Assembly: GCA_028282585.1 (NCBI GenBank)
Contig: JANQHR010000086.1
Span: 1-53,557 of the forward strand
DNA: 53,557 bases
From: Bacteroidales bacterium
Lineage (GTDB): Bacteria > Bacteroidota > Bacteroidia > Bacteroidales > UBA12077
Reading direction: 5' to 3'
Shown here: one piece after another, positions 29,032-39,855 of the stretch
How positions within the stretch are numbered: position 1 is the first letter of the stretch
Layout of the letters: every line of letters begins with the position of its first letter
Position numbers and translations under genes: made by a program
Notes under the pieces: model-generated
Database searches by the model: none
Seen by the model: only the letters and a program-made list of their open reading frames with translations
What the model was told of the DNA's origin: nothing

Positions 29032-30558
29032 TTAGTGTTTAAAATGTCTTGTTCCGGTAAATACCATTGCCATATTGTTAGCATTACAAAAATCAATAGA
29101 TTCCTGGTCGCGAACCGAACCTCCGGGTTGAATGACTGATTTTATGCCTGCCTCATTTGCGATCTGAACAGAATCCGCAAAAGGGAAGAAAGCATCAGAT
29201 GCCATCACAGCACCATTTAAGTCAAACTTAAAACCAGCGGCTTTAATTATGGCCTGTTTTAATGCATCAATCCTTGATGTTTGACCCACTCCGCTGGCAC
29301 ATAACTGTTTATTTTTTGCTAAAACTATAGTATTTGATTTAGAATGCTTAACTAATTTATTTGCAAATATTAAATCTTCTATTTCTTCTTTTATTGGTTG
29401 CTTTTTAGTTGAGGTTTTCAGATCAGCTTCTGTCTCCATCTTCAGATCTTTATCTTGTACTAACGCTCCATTTAACATAGATCTATATTGATTTTTTGAA
29501 AAATCAAACATTTTCTGAACCAAAATAATTCTGTTCTTCTTTTTCTTAAGAACTTCCAAGGCGTCATCCGCATAAGATGGGGCAATTATTACTTCAAAAA
29601 ATATTTTATCAATCTCAATGGCAGTATCCATATCAACTTCTTTATTTGTAATTAGGATTCCTCCAAAAGCAGAAACAGGATCTCCAGCTAAAGCGTCATT
29701 CCATGCATCAACCAATTTTTCACGAGATGCGGCTCCACATGCGTTATTATGTTTTAAGATTGCAAATGTAGTTTGATCAAATTCAGCTATTAACTGAACT
29801 GCCGACTCAATATCCAACAAATTGTTATATGAAATTTGCTTTCCATGTAATTGATCAAAGACTTCAGTTAAATCACCAAAGAAAGTTCCATTTTGATGTG
29901 GATTTTCTCCGTATCGTAATTCATTTCCTGATAGCAAGCTTTGTTTAAAAACAGGCTTTTGAAAATCTGTATTAAAATAGTTAAAAATTGCTGTATCATA
30001 ATGAGATGAAATATTAAATGCCTCTGAAGCAAATTTTTTACGATCTTCTAATACAGTTTTTCCACTCTTTTCTTCTAATAAATCAATCAAATCTTGATAT
30101 TGATTTTTAGAAGGAACAATAACGGTATCTTTAAAATTCTTTGCAGCAGCTCGTATTAATGAAATTCCACCAATATCAATTTTTTCAATAATATCTTGCT
30201 CTTTGACTCCGGATGCTACAGTATCTTCAAAAGGATACAAATCTACGATAACCAGATCGATTTCAGGAATCTGGTATTCTTTCAATTGTTGTTTATCCGA
30301 ATCGTTATTACGACGAGCTAAAATTCCCCCAAAAACTTTTGGGTGTAAAGTTTTTACTCTTCCCCCAAGAATTGATGGATAATCAGTTATATCCTCAACA
30401 GCTATAACATTTACTCCTAGCTTTTCAATAAATTGTTTGGTTCCTCCTGTTGAATAGATCTGAACTCCCAGTTCATTTAACTTTTCAATGATCGGTTCTA
30501 AGTTACCTTTATCAAAAACCGATATTAACGCTGATTTGATTTGCTTTAAATCGTTCAT
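29032..30558 (-). CDS. purH: Bifunctional AICAR transformylase/IMP cyclohydrolase
   Basis: ALISVFDK, STGGT, GRVKTLHP, LRYGENPHQ, KHNNACG, ASDAFFPF, IQPGGS, RHFKH. Confidence 0.98.
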   Translation of the reverse strand: MNDLKQIKSALISVFDKGNLEPIIEKLNELGVQIYSTGGTKQFIEKLGVNVIAVEDITDYPSILGGRVKTLHPKVFGGILARRNNDSDKQQLKEYQIPEIDLVIVDLYPFEDTVASGVKEQDIIEKIDIGGISLIRAAAKNFKDTVIVPSKNQYQDLIDLLEEKSGKTVLEDRKKFASEAFNISSHYDTAIFNYFNTDFQKPVFKQSLLSGNELRYGENPHQNGTFFGDLTEVFDQLHGKQISYNNLLDIESAVQLIAEFDQTTFAILKHNNACGAASREKLVDAWNDALAGDPVSAFGGILITNKEVDMDTAIEIDKIFFEVIIAPSYADDALEVLKKKKNRIILVQKMFDFSKNQYRSMLNGALVQDKDLKMETEADLKTSTKKQPIKEEIEDLIFANKLVKHSKSNTIVLAKNKQLCASGVGQTSRIDALKQAIIKAAGFKFDLNGAVMASDAFFPFADSVQIANEAGIKSVIQPGGSVRDQESIDFCNANNMAMVFTGTRHFKH

Positions 30559-30581
30559 TTACACTTCTTTGTTAAAATCTA

Positions 30582-30589
30582 CAAAATTA
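30582..30589 (-). promoter_or_regulatory. -7 element of the purH-mre-mrd operon; divergent partner TATATTTG at 30713-30720 (+)
   Basis: TAATTTTG on the minus strand, 23 nt upstream of the purH ATG. Confidence 0.6.
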
Positions 30590-30755
30590 AATAAAATATT
30601 TGGTACTATTAGAACTAGATAAGTTAAAATACCGCAAAATCCCAACGAAATGAACTATTCTAATAATTGTTCGAAAATATAAATAATACGCCAAAAAAAA
30701 AATCACTTATTGTATATTTGTTAAAAATCTTTTAAAAACCAAGATTTAGCTTACT

Positions 30756-32015
30756 ATGCTATTTTTTAATTTAATAAAAGAAAGTTTCTTATTTGCAATA
30801 AACGCTTTAAAAGTTAATAGGTTAAGAACTCTGTTAACATTATTGGGTATTACAATTGGAATATTTGCGATAATCTCAGTTTTTACAGTGTTAGATTCAC
30901 TGGAAAATACTATTCGAAATAGTTTATCATCTTTAGGAGACGATATTGTTTATGTTCAAAAATGGCCTTGGGCTCCTCCGCCTGGCGAAGAATATAAATG
31001 GTGGGAATATCTAAATCGTCCTGTTCCTACATTGGATGAATTTGAAACATTAAAAAAACGATCTGAAAAAGCGGATGTTATCAACTTTGGAGCATCTACA
31101 TTACGAAATGTTAAATATAAAAGCAATACGAGAGAAAATACAATTCTTTGGGCAAATGCTCATGAATTTGAACACATTAGAGCTTTTGAACTTGAAGATG
31201 GCAGATATTTTACACCGTTTGAATCCTTAGCAGGCAAGAATATTTGTCTAATCGGACATCAGGTAGCTAACGATCTTTTTCAAGGAATTAATCCTGTTGG
31301 AAAAGAAATTAAAGTCCAAGGTAGAAAAATTACTATTGTTGGTTTAATAGCTAAAGAAGGTAAAGATATTCTTAATAGTGGAGGAAGTTTAGATGAAATG
31401 ATCATTCTCCCCATCATTTACGCTAAAACCATTATGAATATAAAAAGTGAAAATACAAATCCATACATTATGGTTAAAGCAAAACCAAACGTGACAGTTC
31501 CCGAATTAAAGGATGAATTAACGAGTATTTTAAGATCCGTAAGAACATTAAATCCAAGACAAAAGGACAATTTTGCTCTGAATCAGTCGAGTGTTTTAAA
31601 TTCTGCTTTGAATAGTATCTTTGCTGTAATCAATGTTGCCGGGTGGTTAATCGGTGGATTTTCAATTCTGGTTGGAGGTTTTGGGATCGCTAATATTATG
31701 TTTGTATCGGTGAAAGAAAGAACGAATTTGATAGGAATTCAAAAATCTTTGGGAGCAAAACGTAAATTTATATTATTTCAGTTTTTATTCGAAGCAGTTA
31801 TGCTATCGCTAATTGGAGGAATTATAGGTCTGTTTTTAATATTTATAGGAAGTGTAATTGCAAGTAATAAAGTTGAACTAGAAATTACTTTAACACTTAG
31901 TAATATTATTCTCGGATTGCTAATTTCAATAATCATTGGAATGATCTCAGGAATATTTCCATCTTATAAAGCTGCAAAGCTTAATCCTGTAGAGGCAATA
32001 AATACTACTTTCTAA
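30756..32015 (+). CDS. MacB/FtsX-family ABC transporter permease
   Basis: RTLLTLLGITIG, VGGFGIANIMFVSVKERT, QFLFEA, AAKLNPVEAI. Confidence 0.92.
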   Translation: MLFFNLIKESFLFAINALKVNRLRTLLTLLGITIGIFAIISVFTVLDSLENTIRNSLSSLGDDIVYVQKWPWAPPPGEEYKWWEYLNRPVPTLDEFETLKKRSEKADVINFGASTLRNVKYKSNTRENTILWANAHEFEHIRAFELEDGRYFTPFESLAGKNICLIGHQVANDLFQGINPVGKEIKVQGRKITIVGLIAKEGKDILNSGGSLDEMIILPIIYAKTIMNIKSENTNPYIMVKAKPNVTVPELKDELTSILRSVRTLNPRQKDNFALNQSSVLNSALNSIFAVINVAGWLIGGFSILVGGFGIANIMFVSVKERTNLIGIQKSLGAKRKFILFQFLFEAVMLSLIGGIIGLFLIFIGSVIASNKVELEITLTLSNIILGLLISIIIGMISGIFPSYKAAKLNPVEAINTTF

Positions 32016-32146
32016 TAATTTGGCAGTTTTAGTTAAGAAGAACATAAATCAAGTATTTATACTTATCTATTTCCCAAAATCTATTTATAACTTAGTTTTT
32101 ATTTTTTTCTCTTTTATGCATGCATAACTTACTTAATTTTGCCGCT

Positions 32147-35100
32147 ATGAGCCTCAAAGAATTGAATAAAGAAGAATTGTTAAAAAAAATATCTGAGCTT
32201 GAAAAAGAGCTCAGCAAATTAAAGCAAGATAAGCAACCTAAGGAAAGGCAATTTAAATCTCTTTTTAAAAATCTTTCAGTAGCTTTGTCACTTCACGAAA
32301 TTGTTCTGGACAAAAAAAATAATCCAATTGATTTCATATTCCTCGAGGTCAATCGCGAATATGAAAAAATTACACAATTAAAAGCTAATGAAATAATTGG
32401 CAAAAACTATACAAAAGTTATACCTAATCCTGAACAAAAATGGATTGATTTATATGGTAAAGTTGCATTAACCGGAAAGCCTGTTACAATTATTGATCAC
32501 TCTGAATATTTAAATAAATATTGGGAGGTAAAAGCTTTTTCTCCTAAAAAAAATCAGTTTGCTGTTGCCTTGACAGATATCACAGAAAAAAGAAAAGCAG
32601 AAGCTGAACTTGAACAAGCCAATAAAAAATACAGATCGTTATTTGAGCAATCAGGTGATGGTATCGCAATTCATGATACAGATGGCAATATTATAGATGT
32701 TAATAGTAAAATTTGCGACCTATTTGGTTATTCTAAAGAAGAGTTCACTAAATTAAATGTTATAGATTCACACCCCAAAATTGATTCTGTATTAGAAAAA
32801 GGTAAAAATGCATTTAAAAAACTATTGGATGATGGCTTTACAGTAATGGAGAATCAGTTTATAACAAAAAACGGCAAAATAATACATGGTGAAATTTCTT
32901 CGAAAGTCGTTAAATTCAATGGACATAGGTTATGTTATGCCATTTTTCGAGATATTACTTTAAAGAAAAAAGCAGAAGAAGAAATTAAAAAGCAAAATGA
33001 GGAATATCTTGCTACTAATGAAGAATTAAAAGAAAGCTTTGAACGTATTCATACTATCAACTCGGAATTGGAAGAAGCTAAAGAGCAGTTAGCAATAAGC
33101 AAGGAGCGTTTAAACTTGGCAATCGAAAGTGCTAATTTAGGAGTTTGGGACTGGGATATAAATACCGGCGAATTACATTTTAATAAAATTTGGTATGATA
33201 TGAAAGGGTATACTCCAGACGAAATTATACCACACATTGACAAATGGAGAAAAATTGTTCATCCAGTAGACCGCATAAATATAGAAAAATTGATCGATGA
33301 TCATTTTAATGGGAAAACAGCTTTTTATGAAGCTGAATTCCGAGTAAAAAACAAAGATGGAGAATGGATGTGGATTAGTGATAAAGGAAAGGTCATTGAA
33401 AGAGATAAAAATAATAATCCAGTCCGAATGTGCGGAATACATATGGATTTTACTGAAAGAAGAAAAGCTCAGGAAGAATTAAAGGAAAGTGAAAAAAAAC
33501 TAAAAGAAGCGCAACGAATGGCTCGTTTGGGCCATTGGTATTGGGATGTTAAAACTGGCGATGTGGAATGGTCTGATGAAGTTTATAACATATTTGAGTT
33601 AGACTCTAATGAGTTTACGCCTCAAATAAATTCAATACTTGAGTTATCTCCATGGCCAGAAGATAATCAACGTGATCAGGAATTAATTCAAAAGGCCATT
33701 AAAAGCAAAGAACCTGGTAAATATGAACAAAAATTTTTAAAACCAGATGGCAGCATTGGTTACTATAGCTCCACCTTCGAAGGAATATATGATGAAAATG
33801 GAGAGCTAATTGCCATGAAGGGAGCTGTACAGGACATTACAGAAAAGAAAACTGCAGAAATTGCATTACAAGAAAGTGAAGAAAGATATAAACATTTGGT
33901 AGAAACAGCCTCTGACGCAATATACTTAATGTCCGAAGATGGTCGTATAATTGATACTAATAATTCAGCTTGTCAGATGCTAGGTTGGACAAAAGAAGAG
34001 ATACTGAAATTAACAATCGAAGATGTTGATCCTAATTATCCGTTAGAAGATTTTTTAAAATTCTGGAAAGAAACCCCTTTTGACTATCAACGGATTTTTG
34101 AAACTACTCATAAAAAAAAGGATGGAAGTTTAATCCCAATAGAAATTAGCGGAAAAAAGTATAAAATCGGCGAGCAAATATTTTATTATGGTGTAGCCAG
34201 GGATATTATTGAAAGAAAAAAGACAGAAGAAATAATAAAACATGCTGAAAGAAGATTTAGAGCAATCATAGAAAATGCTCAGGATGCAGTTGTGGTAATC
34301 GATATCGAAGGTAAGTTTACTTATGCAAGCCCCAATGCTTTGAAACAATTTGGGTATGAAGAAGCAGATATCCAACACCATTTCGGTAGTGAATTTACCC
34401 ATCCGGACGACCTATCAATGGTACTAGAAAATTTACATAAAATAATAGAAAACCCTGAATTACAAAAAACTTTACAATATCGATTTAGAAAAAAAAATGG
34501 AGAATACCGTTGGATAGAAACTACTTTCACTAATTTACTAAATGACAAAGCGGTAAACGGCATTGTCTTGAATTTTAGCGACATAACTGAAAAGAAAAAA
34601 GCAAATGAAGCATTAAAAAAGAGTGAAGAACAATATCGTAATATTTTCGAAACAGCAGCAAATTTAATCACTTCTGTAAATAATGAAGGAATTATAGTAG
34701 ATTGTAATAATCAAATTCATCATTTTTTAGGATATGAAAGGGATGAAATCATTGGCCAGCCAATGGCTAAGATTATTCATCCAGATTTTATGCCAAAAGC
34801 TGAAGAATCTTTAAAAGAAATACTAAAAACCGGTTTTTCTTACAACCAAGAATATAGAATGGTAAAAAAAGATGGCCGATTAATCGATGTTTCAATAAAT
34901 TCATCAGGAGTTAATAAAGCGAATGGTTTTTATGACAGGACCATTTGTATAATAAGCGATATAACTTTCCGCAAAGAAACCGAACAGGAACTAAAGAACA
35001 AAAATGAAGAGTATTATGCATTGAATGAGGAACTAAGAGAAAGCATTGATCGTATCAAAAATATAAATGTAGAACTGGAAGAAGCTAAAGAAAAAGCAGA

Positions 35101-36208
35101 GGAAAGTGATCGGTTAAAATCAGCTTTCCTAGCTAATATGAGTCATGAAATACGCACACCAATGAACGGTATTATTGGATTCTCCGAGATGTTTTTAAGA
35201 TCTGATATTGGAAATGAAAAACGGAATTTTTATGCACAAGTAGTTATAGATAGTGGAAAGCAACTACTTAATATTGTAAATGATATCTTAGATATATCCA
35301 TGATCGAGTCTAATACCTTAAAACTTACTGAAACTGAAGTTGAAATAAACGAATTAATAAATGAGCTATTCGCATTTTACAAACCACAATTCGATAGTTC
35401 CAATATTAAGTTCCATATTTATAAGGGTCTTAACGATAATGAAAGTATCATTAAAACAGACAAACAAAGGTTAAGACAGGTAATCTCTAATTTGATGAGT
35501 AATGCAATTAAATTTACCCAGGCTGGTCATATCAAACTTGGTTATGGATTAGAGGATAATAATCTTTTATTTTATATTGAAGATACCGGTATTGGAATTC
35601 CAAAAAAGGAACAAAACAAAATATTTGAGCGTTTCCGACAGATTGATATGGATTCTAACCGACTGTATGGAGGAACTGGTTTAGGCTTATCCATCTCGAA
35701 AAAACTAGTTGAATTGTTGGGTGGCAAAATTTGGGTTGAATCAGATAATAAAAATGGCTCAAAATTCTACTTTACCATTCCTTATGATACTATGAAGAAG
35801 ATAAAATCGAACGTAAAACAACCAGAAAAAAAGAAAAAGGTGTTTACCATTTTAGTTGCTGAAGATGAAGAAATAAACTATCTCTATATAGATGAGGTTT
35901 TATCAGAATTGGATGTAAAATTAATTGCTTCAAAAAATGGTGAAGAAACGATCAAAATTTGTAAGGAAAATTCGTTTATAGACTTAGTACTTATGGATTT
36001 GAAAATGCCTATTATAGATGGTTACGAAGCAACTAAGGAAATCAAGAAATTTCGACCTGAACTACCAATTATTGCTCAAACAGCTTATGCCATGACCAGC
36101 GATAAAGAAAAGGCAGAAGAAGCTGGCTGCAATGGTTATTTATCAAAACCTATTCCTGCTCAAGATTTGATTAAAGTTATAAAAGAATATATGGATAAGA
36201 AAAAGTAA
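32147..36208 (+). CDS. Cytoplasmic multi-PAS hybrid histidine kinase/response regulator
   Basis: About seven PAS/PAC units ending DIT/DFT/DII; FLANMSHEIRTPMN; NAIKFT, DTGIGI, GGTGLGL; receiver AEDEE..MDLKMP..KP; no TM; ATG 32147 preferred because TAATTTTG lies at 32134-32141. Confidence 0.93.
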   Translation: MSLKELNKEELLKKISELEKELSKLKQDKQPKERQFKSLFKNLSVALSLHEIVLDKKNNPIDFIFLEVNREYEKITQLKANEIIGKNYTKVIPNPEQKWIDLYGKVALTGKPVTIIDHSEYLNKYWEVKAFSPKKNQFAVALTDITEKRKAEAELEQANKKYRSLFEQSGDGIAIHDTDGNIIDVNSKICDLFGYSKEEFTKLNVIDSHPKIDSVLEKGKNAFKKLLDDGFTVMENQFITKNGKIIHGEISSKVVKFNGHRLCYAIFRDITLKKKAEEEIKKQNEEYLATNEELKESFERIHTINSELEEAKEQLAISKERLNLAIESANLGVWDWDINTGELHFNKIWYDMKGYTPDEIIPHIDKWRKIVHPVDRINIEKLIDDHFNGKTAFYEAEFRVKNKDGEWMWISDKGKVIERDKNNNPVRMCGIHMDFTERRKAQEELKESEKKLKEAQRMARLGHWYWDVKTGDVEWSDEVYNIFELDSNEFTPQINSILELSPWPEDNQRDQELIQKAIKSKEPGKYEQKFLKPDGSIGYYSSTFEGIYDENGELIAMKGAVQDITEKKTAEIALQESEERYKHLVETASDAIYLMSEDGRIIDTNNSACQMLGWTKEEILKLTIEDVDPNYPLEDFLKFWKETPFDYQRIFETTHKKKDGSLIPIEISGKKYKIGEQIFYYGVARDIIERKKTEEIIKHAERRFRAIIENAQDAVVVIDIEGKFTYASPNALKQFGYEEADIQHHFGSEFTHPDDLSMVLENLHKIIENPELQKTLQYRFRKKNGEYRWIETTFTNLLNDKAVNGIVLNFSDITEKKKANEALKKSEEQYRNIFETAANLITSVNNEGIIVDCNNQIHHFLGYERDEIIGQPMAKIIHPDFMPKAEESLKEILKTGFSYNQEYRMVKKDGRLIDVSINSSGVNKANGFYDRTICIISDITFRKETEQELKNKNEEYYALNEELRESIDRIKNINVELEEAKEKAEESDRLKSAFLANMSHEIRTPMNGIIGFSEMFLRSDIGNEKRNFYAQVVIDSGKQLLNIVNDILDISMIESNTLKLTETEVEINELINELFAFYKPQFDSSNIKFHIYKGLNDNESIIKTDKQRLRQVISNLMSNAIKFTQAGHIKLGYGLEDNNLLFYIEDTGIGIPKKEQNKIFERFRQIDMDSNRLYGGTGLGLSISKKLVELLGGKIWVESDNKNGSKFYFTIPYDTMKKIKSNVKQPEKKKKVFTILVAEDEEINYLYIDEVLSELDVKLIASKNGEETIKICKENSFIDLVLMDLKMPIIDGYEATKEIKKFRPELPIIAQTAYAMTSDKEKAEEAGCNGYLSKPIPAQDLIKVIKEYMDKKK

Positions 36209-36320
36209 TAAATATTGTTTTTATGATGTTAACTTGTTGTTAAATGACACTTTTATATCTTTTTTTAATTTATATTTATGCCCTAAAATCAAGTATTAAC
36301 CAAATTAAAACCTAAATTCT

Positions 36321-36959
36321 ATGATTAAAAAGGTATTAGGACTGTTTGTCGTGATTGCTATGATGGCATCATGTGCTAACAAAGAACAAAAAACTGAACA
36401 AGCTAACGAACAAGAAATAGTAAAACTTACTGTTGACGAAGTTGTTGGTGATATGTTAAGCCATGTTGACAAAGAAATTGTTATTAAAGGGACAGTTAAC
36501 CATGTTTGTTCTCATGGTGGAAAAAGAATGTTCATCATAGGTGAAAACTCTGATCTTGCAATAAGAATAACCCCTAGCAAAGAAATAGGTTTGTTCGAAA
36601 AAGAATTAGAAGGAAGTGACGTTATAGTTACGGGTGTTTTTAAAGAATTAAGAATCGATGAAGCTTACGTTGTTTCTTTAGAAAAAGAACTCAGCGAAGG
36701 CATTGATAACGAGGCTTTTCACGATCATTCTGGCGGAACACATGATGAAACTGAAGAACATGATGATGAAAAGAAAGCTCAAATTGAGGCAATGAGAGAA
36801 AAAATAGCTACTTCAGAGAATGGATATTACTCACAGTTCTGGGTTGAAGCAAGTAAATTCGAAGTTAAAGAATATGATCATGACCATGCACATGATGATC
36901 ATGACCACGAAGGTGACCACGATCATGATCATGCGGAAGGCGAAGAACACACCCATTAA
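36321..36959 (+). CDS. Lipoprotein with putative OB-fold and His/Asp-rich C-terminal tail
   Basis: Lipobox MAS-C; KGTVNHVCSHGG; tail DHDHAHDDHDHEGDHDHDHAEGEEHTH. Confidence 0.8.
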   Translation: MIKKVLGLFVVIAMMASCANKEQKTEQANEQEIVKLTVDEVVGDMLSHVDKEIVIKGTVNHVCSHGGKRMFIIGENSDLAIRITPSKEIGLFEKELEGSDVIVTGVFKELRIDEAYVVSLEKELSEGIDNEAFHDHSGGTHDETEEHDDEKKAQIEAMREKIATSENGYYSQFWVEASKFEVKEYDHDHAHDDHDHEGDHDHDHAEGEEHTH

Positions 36960-36982
36960 AAATATTTAAACTTATTAAGATT

Positions 36983-37013
36983 GTCCGAAGGTTTAACAAT
37001 CTTCGGACTTTTT
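36983..37013 (+). terminator. Intrinsic terminator between lipoprotein and PepSY-TM genes
   Basis: gtccgaag...cttcggac stem followed by T5. Confidence 0.75.
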
Positions 37014-37024
37014 AAATCTAAAAA

Positions 37025-37588
37025 ATGAAGCTAAGAAAACTAAACAGGAATCTACATCGTGATCTGGGATATATTTTCTTTTTTTTAACAGTAATATATG
37101 GTTTATCAGGAATAGCATTGAACCATATTGATGACTGGAATCCCAGTTATGTGGTAAAATATAAAGAACTAAAAATCGATAAACCACTTAAAAAGGAAAA
37201 TCTTAATCGACGTAATGTAATTTCTTTGCTACAAACTTATACTCCCCAGGAAAAATATAAAAACCACTATTTCCCAAATGAAGCAACATTAAAAATTTTT
37301 ATCAAAGACGGGAATGTAAATTTGGATTTAAATACGGGAGAAGGATATATAGAAACTTCAAAACGTCGCCCTATCTTCCATCAGGCTAATTATTTACACT
37401 ACAATCCCCATAAATTATGGACTTGGATATCTGATATTTATGCGGTATCGCTTATTATTCTTGCTTTTACCGGATTATTTATTTTAAAAGGTAAAAATGG
37501 AATTACCGGAAGAGGTGCCTGGTTAACTTCTATCGGAATTATAGTTCCGATCATTTTTCTTTTAATTTACTACTGGAAAGTATTTTAG
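37025..37588 (+). CDS. PepSY-associated TM helix domain protein
   Basis: RNLHRDLGY, SGIALNH, NYLHYN, LAFTGLF. Confidence 0.85.
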   Translation: MKLRKLNRNLHRDLGYIFFFLTVIYGLSGIALNHIDDWNPSYVVKYKELKIDKPLKKENLNRRNVISLLQTYTPQEKYKNHYFPNEATLKIFIKDGNVNLDLNTGEGYIETSKRRPIFHQANYLHYNPHKLWTWISDIYAVSLIILAFTGLFILKGKNGITGRGAWLTSIGIIVPIIFLLIYYWKVF

Positions 37589-38946
37589 AAGAATGCAAAA
37601 ACTGATCTTCCTATCATCAGATAAATAAATAATCCCATAATATCATTTACAGTTGTAATAAATGGTCCTGTTGCCAAAGCAGGATCAATTTTAAATTTAT
37701 CTAAAGCCATAGGAACAAACGTTCCAAACATAGAAGCAAAAACAATTACAGAAAATAAAGCTGCACTAACCGTAATGGTCAATTCAAACGAATCGGTAAA
37801 GAAATAATTATATGCAAATATTACAGTAGATAGGATAACACCATTAATTGCTGCTACACCCAACTCTTTTAATAATTTTCTTCCGATACCTTCAAAACCC
37901 ATAGAGTTACTTGCTAAAGCCTGCACAATTATTGATGATGATTGTACTCCAACATTACCTCCCATCGCTGCAATTAACGGGATAAAAAATGCCATTTTTG
38001 GATTGACTCCCAGATCTACCTCATAAACACCCATTACCAAAGCAGCTATAATTCCACCAAACAATCCAATAAACAACCAAGGAATTCGTGCACGGGTTAA
38101 TACCCAAGCACTATCGGATGATTCAACATCCTGGGTTATACCGGATACTAACTGATAATCCCGTTCCGCTTCTTCACGAATTACATCAACAACATCATCA
38201 ATTGTAATGCGACCTACTAATCTATTTAATTGATCTACAACCGGTAATGCTACCAAATCATATTTATCCATTATATTGGCAACCTCTTCAGATGTAGTAT
38301 CAGTCTTAACAGAAATTACATCGGTATCAATAATATTGGATATTTTTTTATTTGAAGAATTTAATAATAGCTTTTTTAATGATAAAGTTCCCTTTAATAT
38401 CTCGTTGTCATCAATAACATATACATAGTAAATCTCATCAACATCCTCCGCTTGCTTTCGCATTTCCTTAAGGCAAGTCATTATAGTCCAGTTTTCATTA
38501 ACTGTAATTAACTCCTTAGCCATTAAACCTCCGGCAGAATGTTCATCATAATTTAACAGATCTACAATATCTCCCGCTTGTTCTAAGTCATCTATATGTG
38601 ATAATACTTCTTCCTGTTTTTCTTCAGGGAATTCCCCAATTACGTCAGCCGCATCATCCGAATCTAATTTATCAATAAATTGGGCAATTACTTCGTTTGG
38701 TAAAACTTTTAAGAACCGCTCTCTGTCATCTTCTTCCAACTCAACCAGTACCTCGGCAGCAACTTCCGGATCTAGCATTACGTGAATAAAGCGAGCTTCG
38801 TCAACATCCAATTCATCGTATATTTCAGCGATATCGGCAGGGTGAAGATCTTTAACCATTTCGAAGGCAGCAACTTCATTCTCATTTTCAATATAATTAT
38901 GAAGTTGATCGACATACTCCTTTGTTAATTCGAATTGAACAGCCAT
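37585..38946 (-). CDS. mgtE: Magnesium transporter MgtE
   Basis: LHPADIAE, CBS pair, GRITIDD, AMGGNVGVQ, DPALATGPFITTVND. Confidence 0.97.
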   Translation of the reverse strand: MAVQFELTKEYVDQLHNYIENENEVAAFEMVKDLHPADIAEIYDELDVDEARFIHVMLDPEVAAEVLVELEEDDRERFLKVLPNEVIAQFIDKLDSDDAADVIGEFPEEKQEEVLSHIDDLEQAGDIVDLLNYDEHSAGGLMAKELITVNENWTIMTCLKEMRKQAEDVDEIYYVYVIDDNEILKGTLSLKKLLLNSSNKKISNIIDTDVISVKTDTTSEEVANIMDKYDLVALPVVDQLNRLVGRITIDDVVDVIREEAERDYQLVSGITQDVESSDSAWVLTRARIPWLFIGLFGGIIAALVMGVYEVDLGVNPKMAFFIPLIAAMGGNVGVQSSSIIVQALASNSMGFEGIGRKLLKELGVAAINGVILSTVIFAYNYFFTDSFELTITVSAALFSVIVFASMFGTFVPMALDKFKIDPALATGPFITTVNDIMGLFIYLMIGRSVFAFF

Positions 38947-38958
38947 GATTTGCTTGTT

Positions 38959-39735
38959 TTATTGGTCCTTACTTGAATCTATTAAGTTTGTCAGATTAAT
39001 AAAATCTTCAACACTTAACTGCTCCGGGCGCTTTCCAAAGATTTCATTATCAGTTGGTAAATTTAACAAAATACTTTTTAAAGAATTACGTAAAGTCTTT
39101 CTTCTTTGATTAAATCCAAGTTTTACTATTCTAAAAAACAGTTCTTCGTTGCAATCCAATTTCTTTCTCTCGTTTCTTCTCAAATGAATTACTGCTGAAT
39201 TCACTTTTGGTGGAGGATCAAAAACCTTTGGCCCAACTGTAAATAAATATTCTATATCATAAAATACCTGTAAAAAAACACTTAAAATTCCATAAGTCTT
39301 ATTCCCATGTGATGATTTAATTCTGTCAGCTACTTCCTTCTGAATCATACAAACCACATCCATAACAATGTCGCGATTTTCTAAAATCTTAAAAAATATC
39401 TGACTTGATATATTGTATGGAAAATTTCCAATTATTGTTAGCGGCTGAGTAAAAGTCTCTTTTAATTCAAACTTCAGAAAATCCCTAAAAATCAAATTTT
39501 TACCTAAAGTTGGATATTTAATATTTAAAAACTCAAATGATTCTGAATCTATCTCTATTGCATAAAAATTTATATTCTCTTTTTCAATTAGTTTTGATGT
39601 TAGCACACCTGTACCCGGACCAATTTCTACAACCGTTTTTTGCTTAAACCCAGCGATAGCTTCAACAATCTTCCGAGCAATATTATCATCTTTTAAAAAA
39701 TGTTGACCTAAACTTTTCTTTGGACGGACTGACAT
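38959..39735 (-). CDS. rsmA: 16S rRNA adenine dimethyltransferase
   Basis: KKSLGQHFL, EIGPGTG, GNFPYNISS, PPPKVNSAV, QRRKTLRN. Confidence 0.97.
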   Translation of the reverse strand: MSVRPKKSLGQHFLKDDNIARKIVEAIAGFKQKTVVEIGPGTGVLTSKLIEKENINFYAIEIDSESFEFLNIKYPTLGKNLIFRDFLKFELKETFTQPLTIIGNFPYNISSQIFFKILENRDIVMDVVCMIQKEVADRIKSSHGNKTYGILSVFLQVFYDIEYLFTVGPKVFDPPPKVNSAVIHLRRNERKKLDCNEELFFRIVKLGFNQRRKTLRNSLKSILLNLPTDNEIFGKRPEQLSVEDFINLTNLIDSSKDQ

Positions 39736-39855
39736 AGATTTATAATTAACAGATTGTCTAATTTGAAACTTAGAATCTCGAATATCCAGTTTGTAAAGAT
39801 CGAAAAACTTAAGTCAATTCCAAACAATCTCAATACTTCTTATATCTTTGAAAAG

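Noticed and set aside
36871-36956. gatcat/gaccat repeats as a phase-variable microsatellite
   Set aside because: Synonymous codon variation shows a protein-level His/Asp repeat
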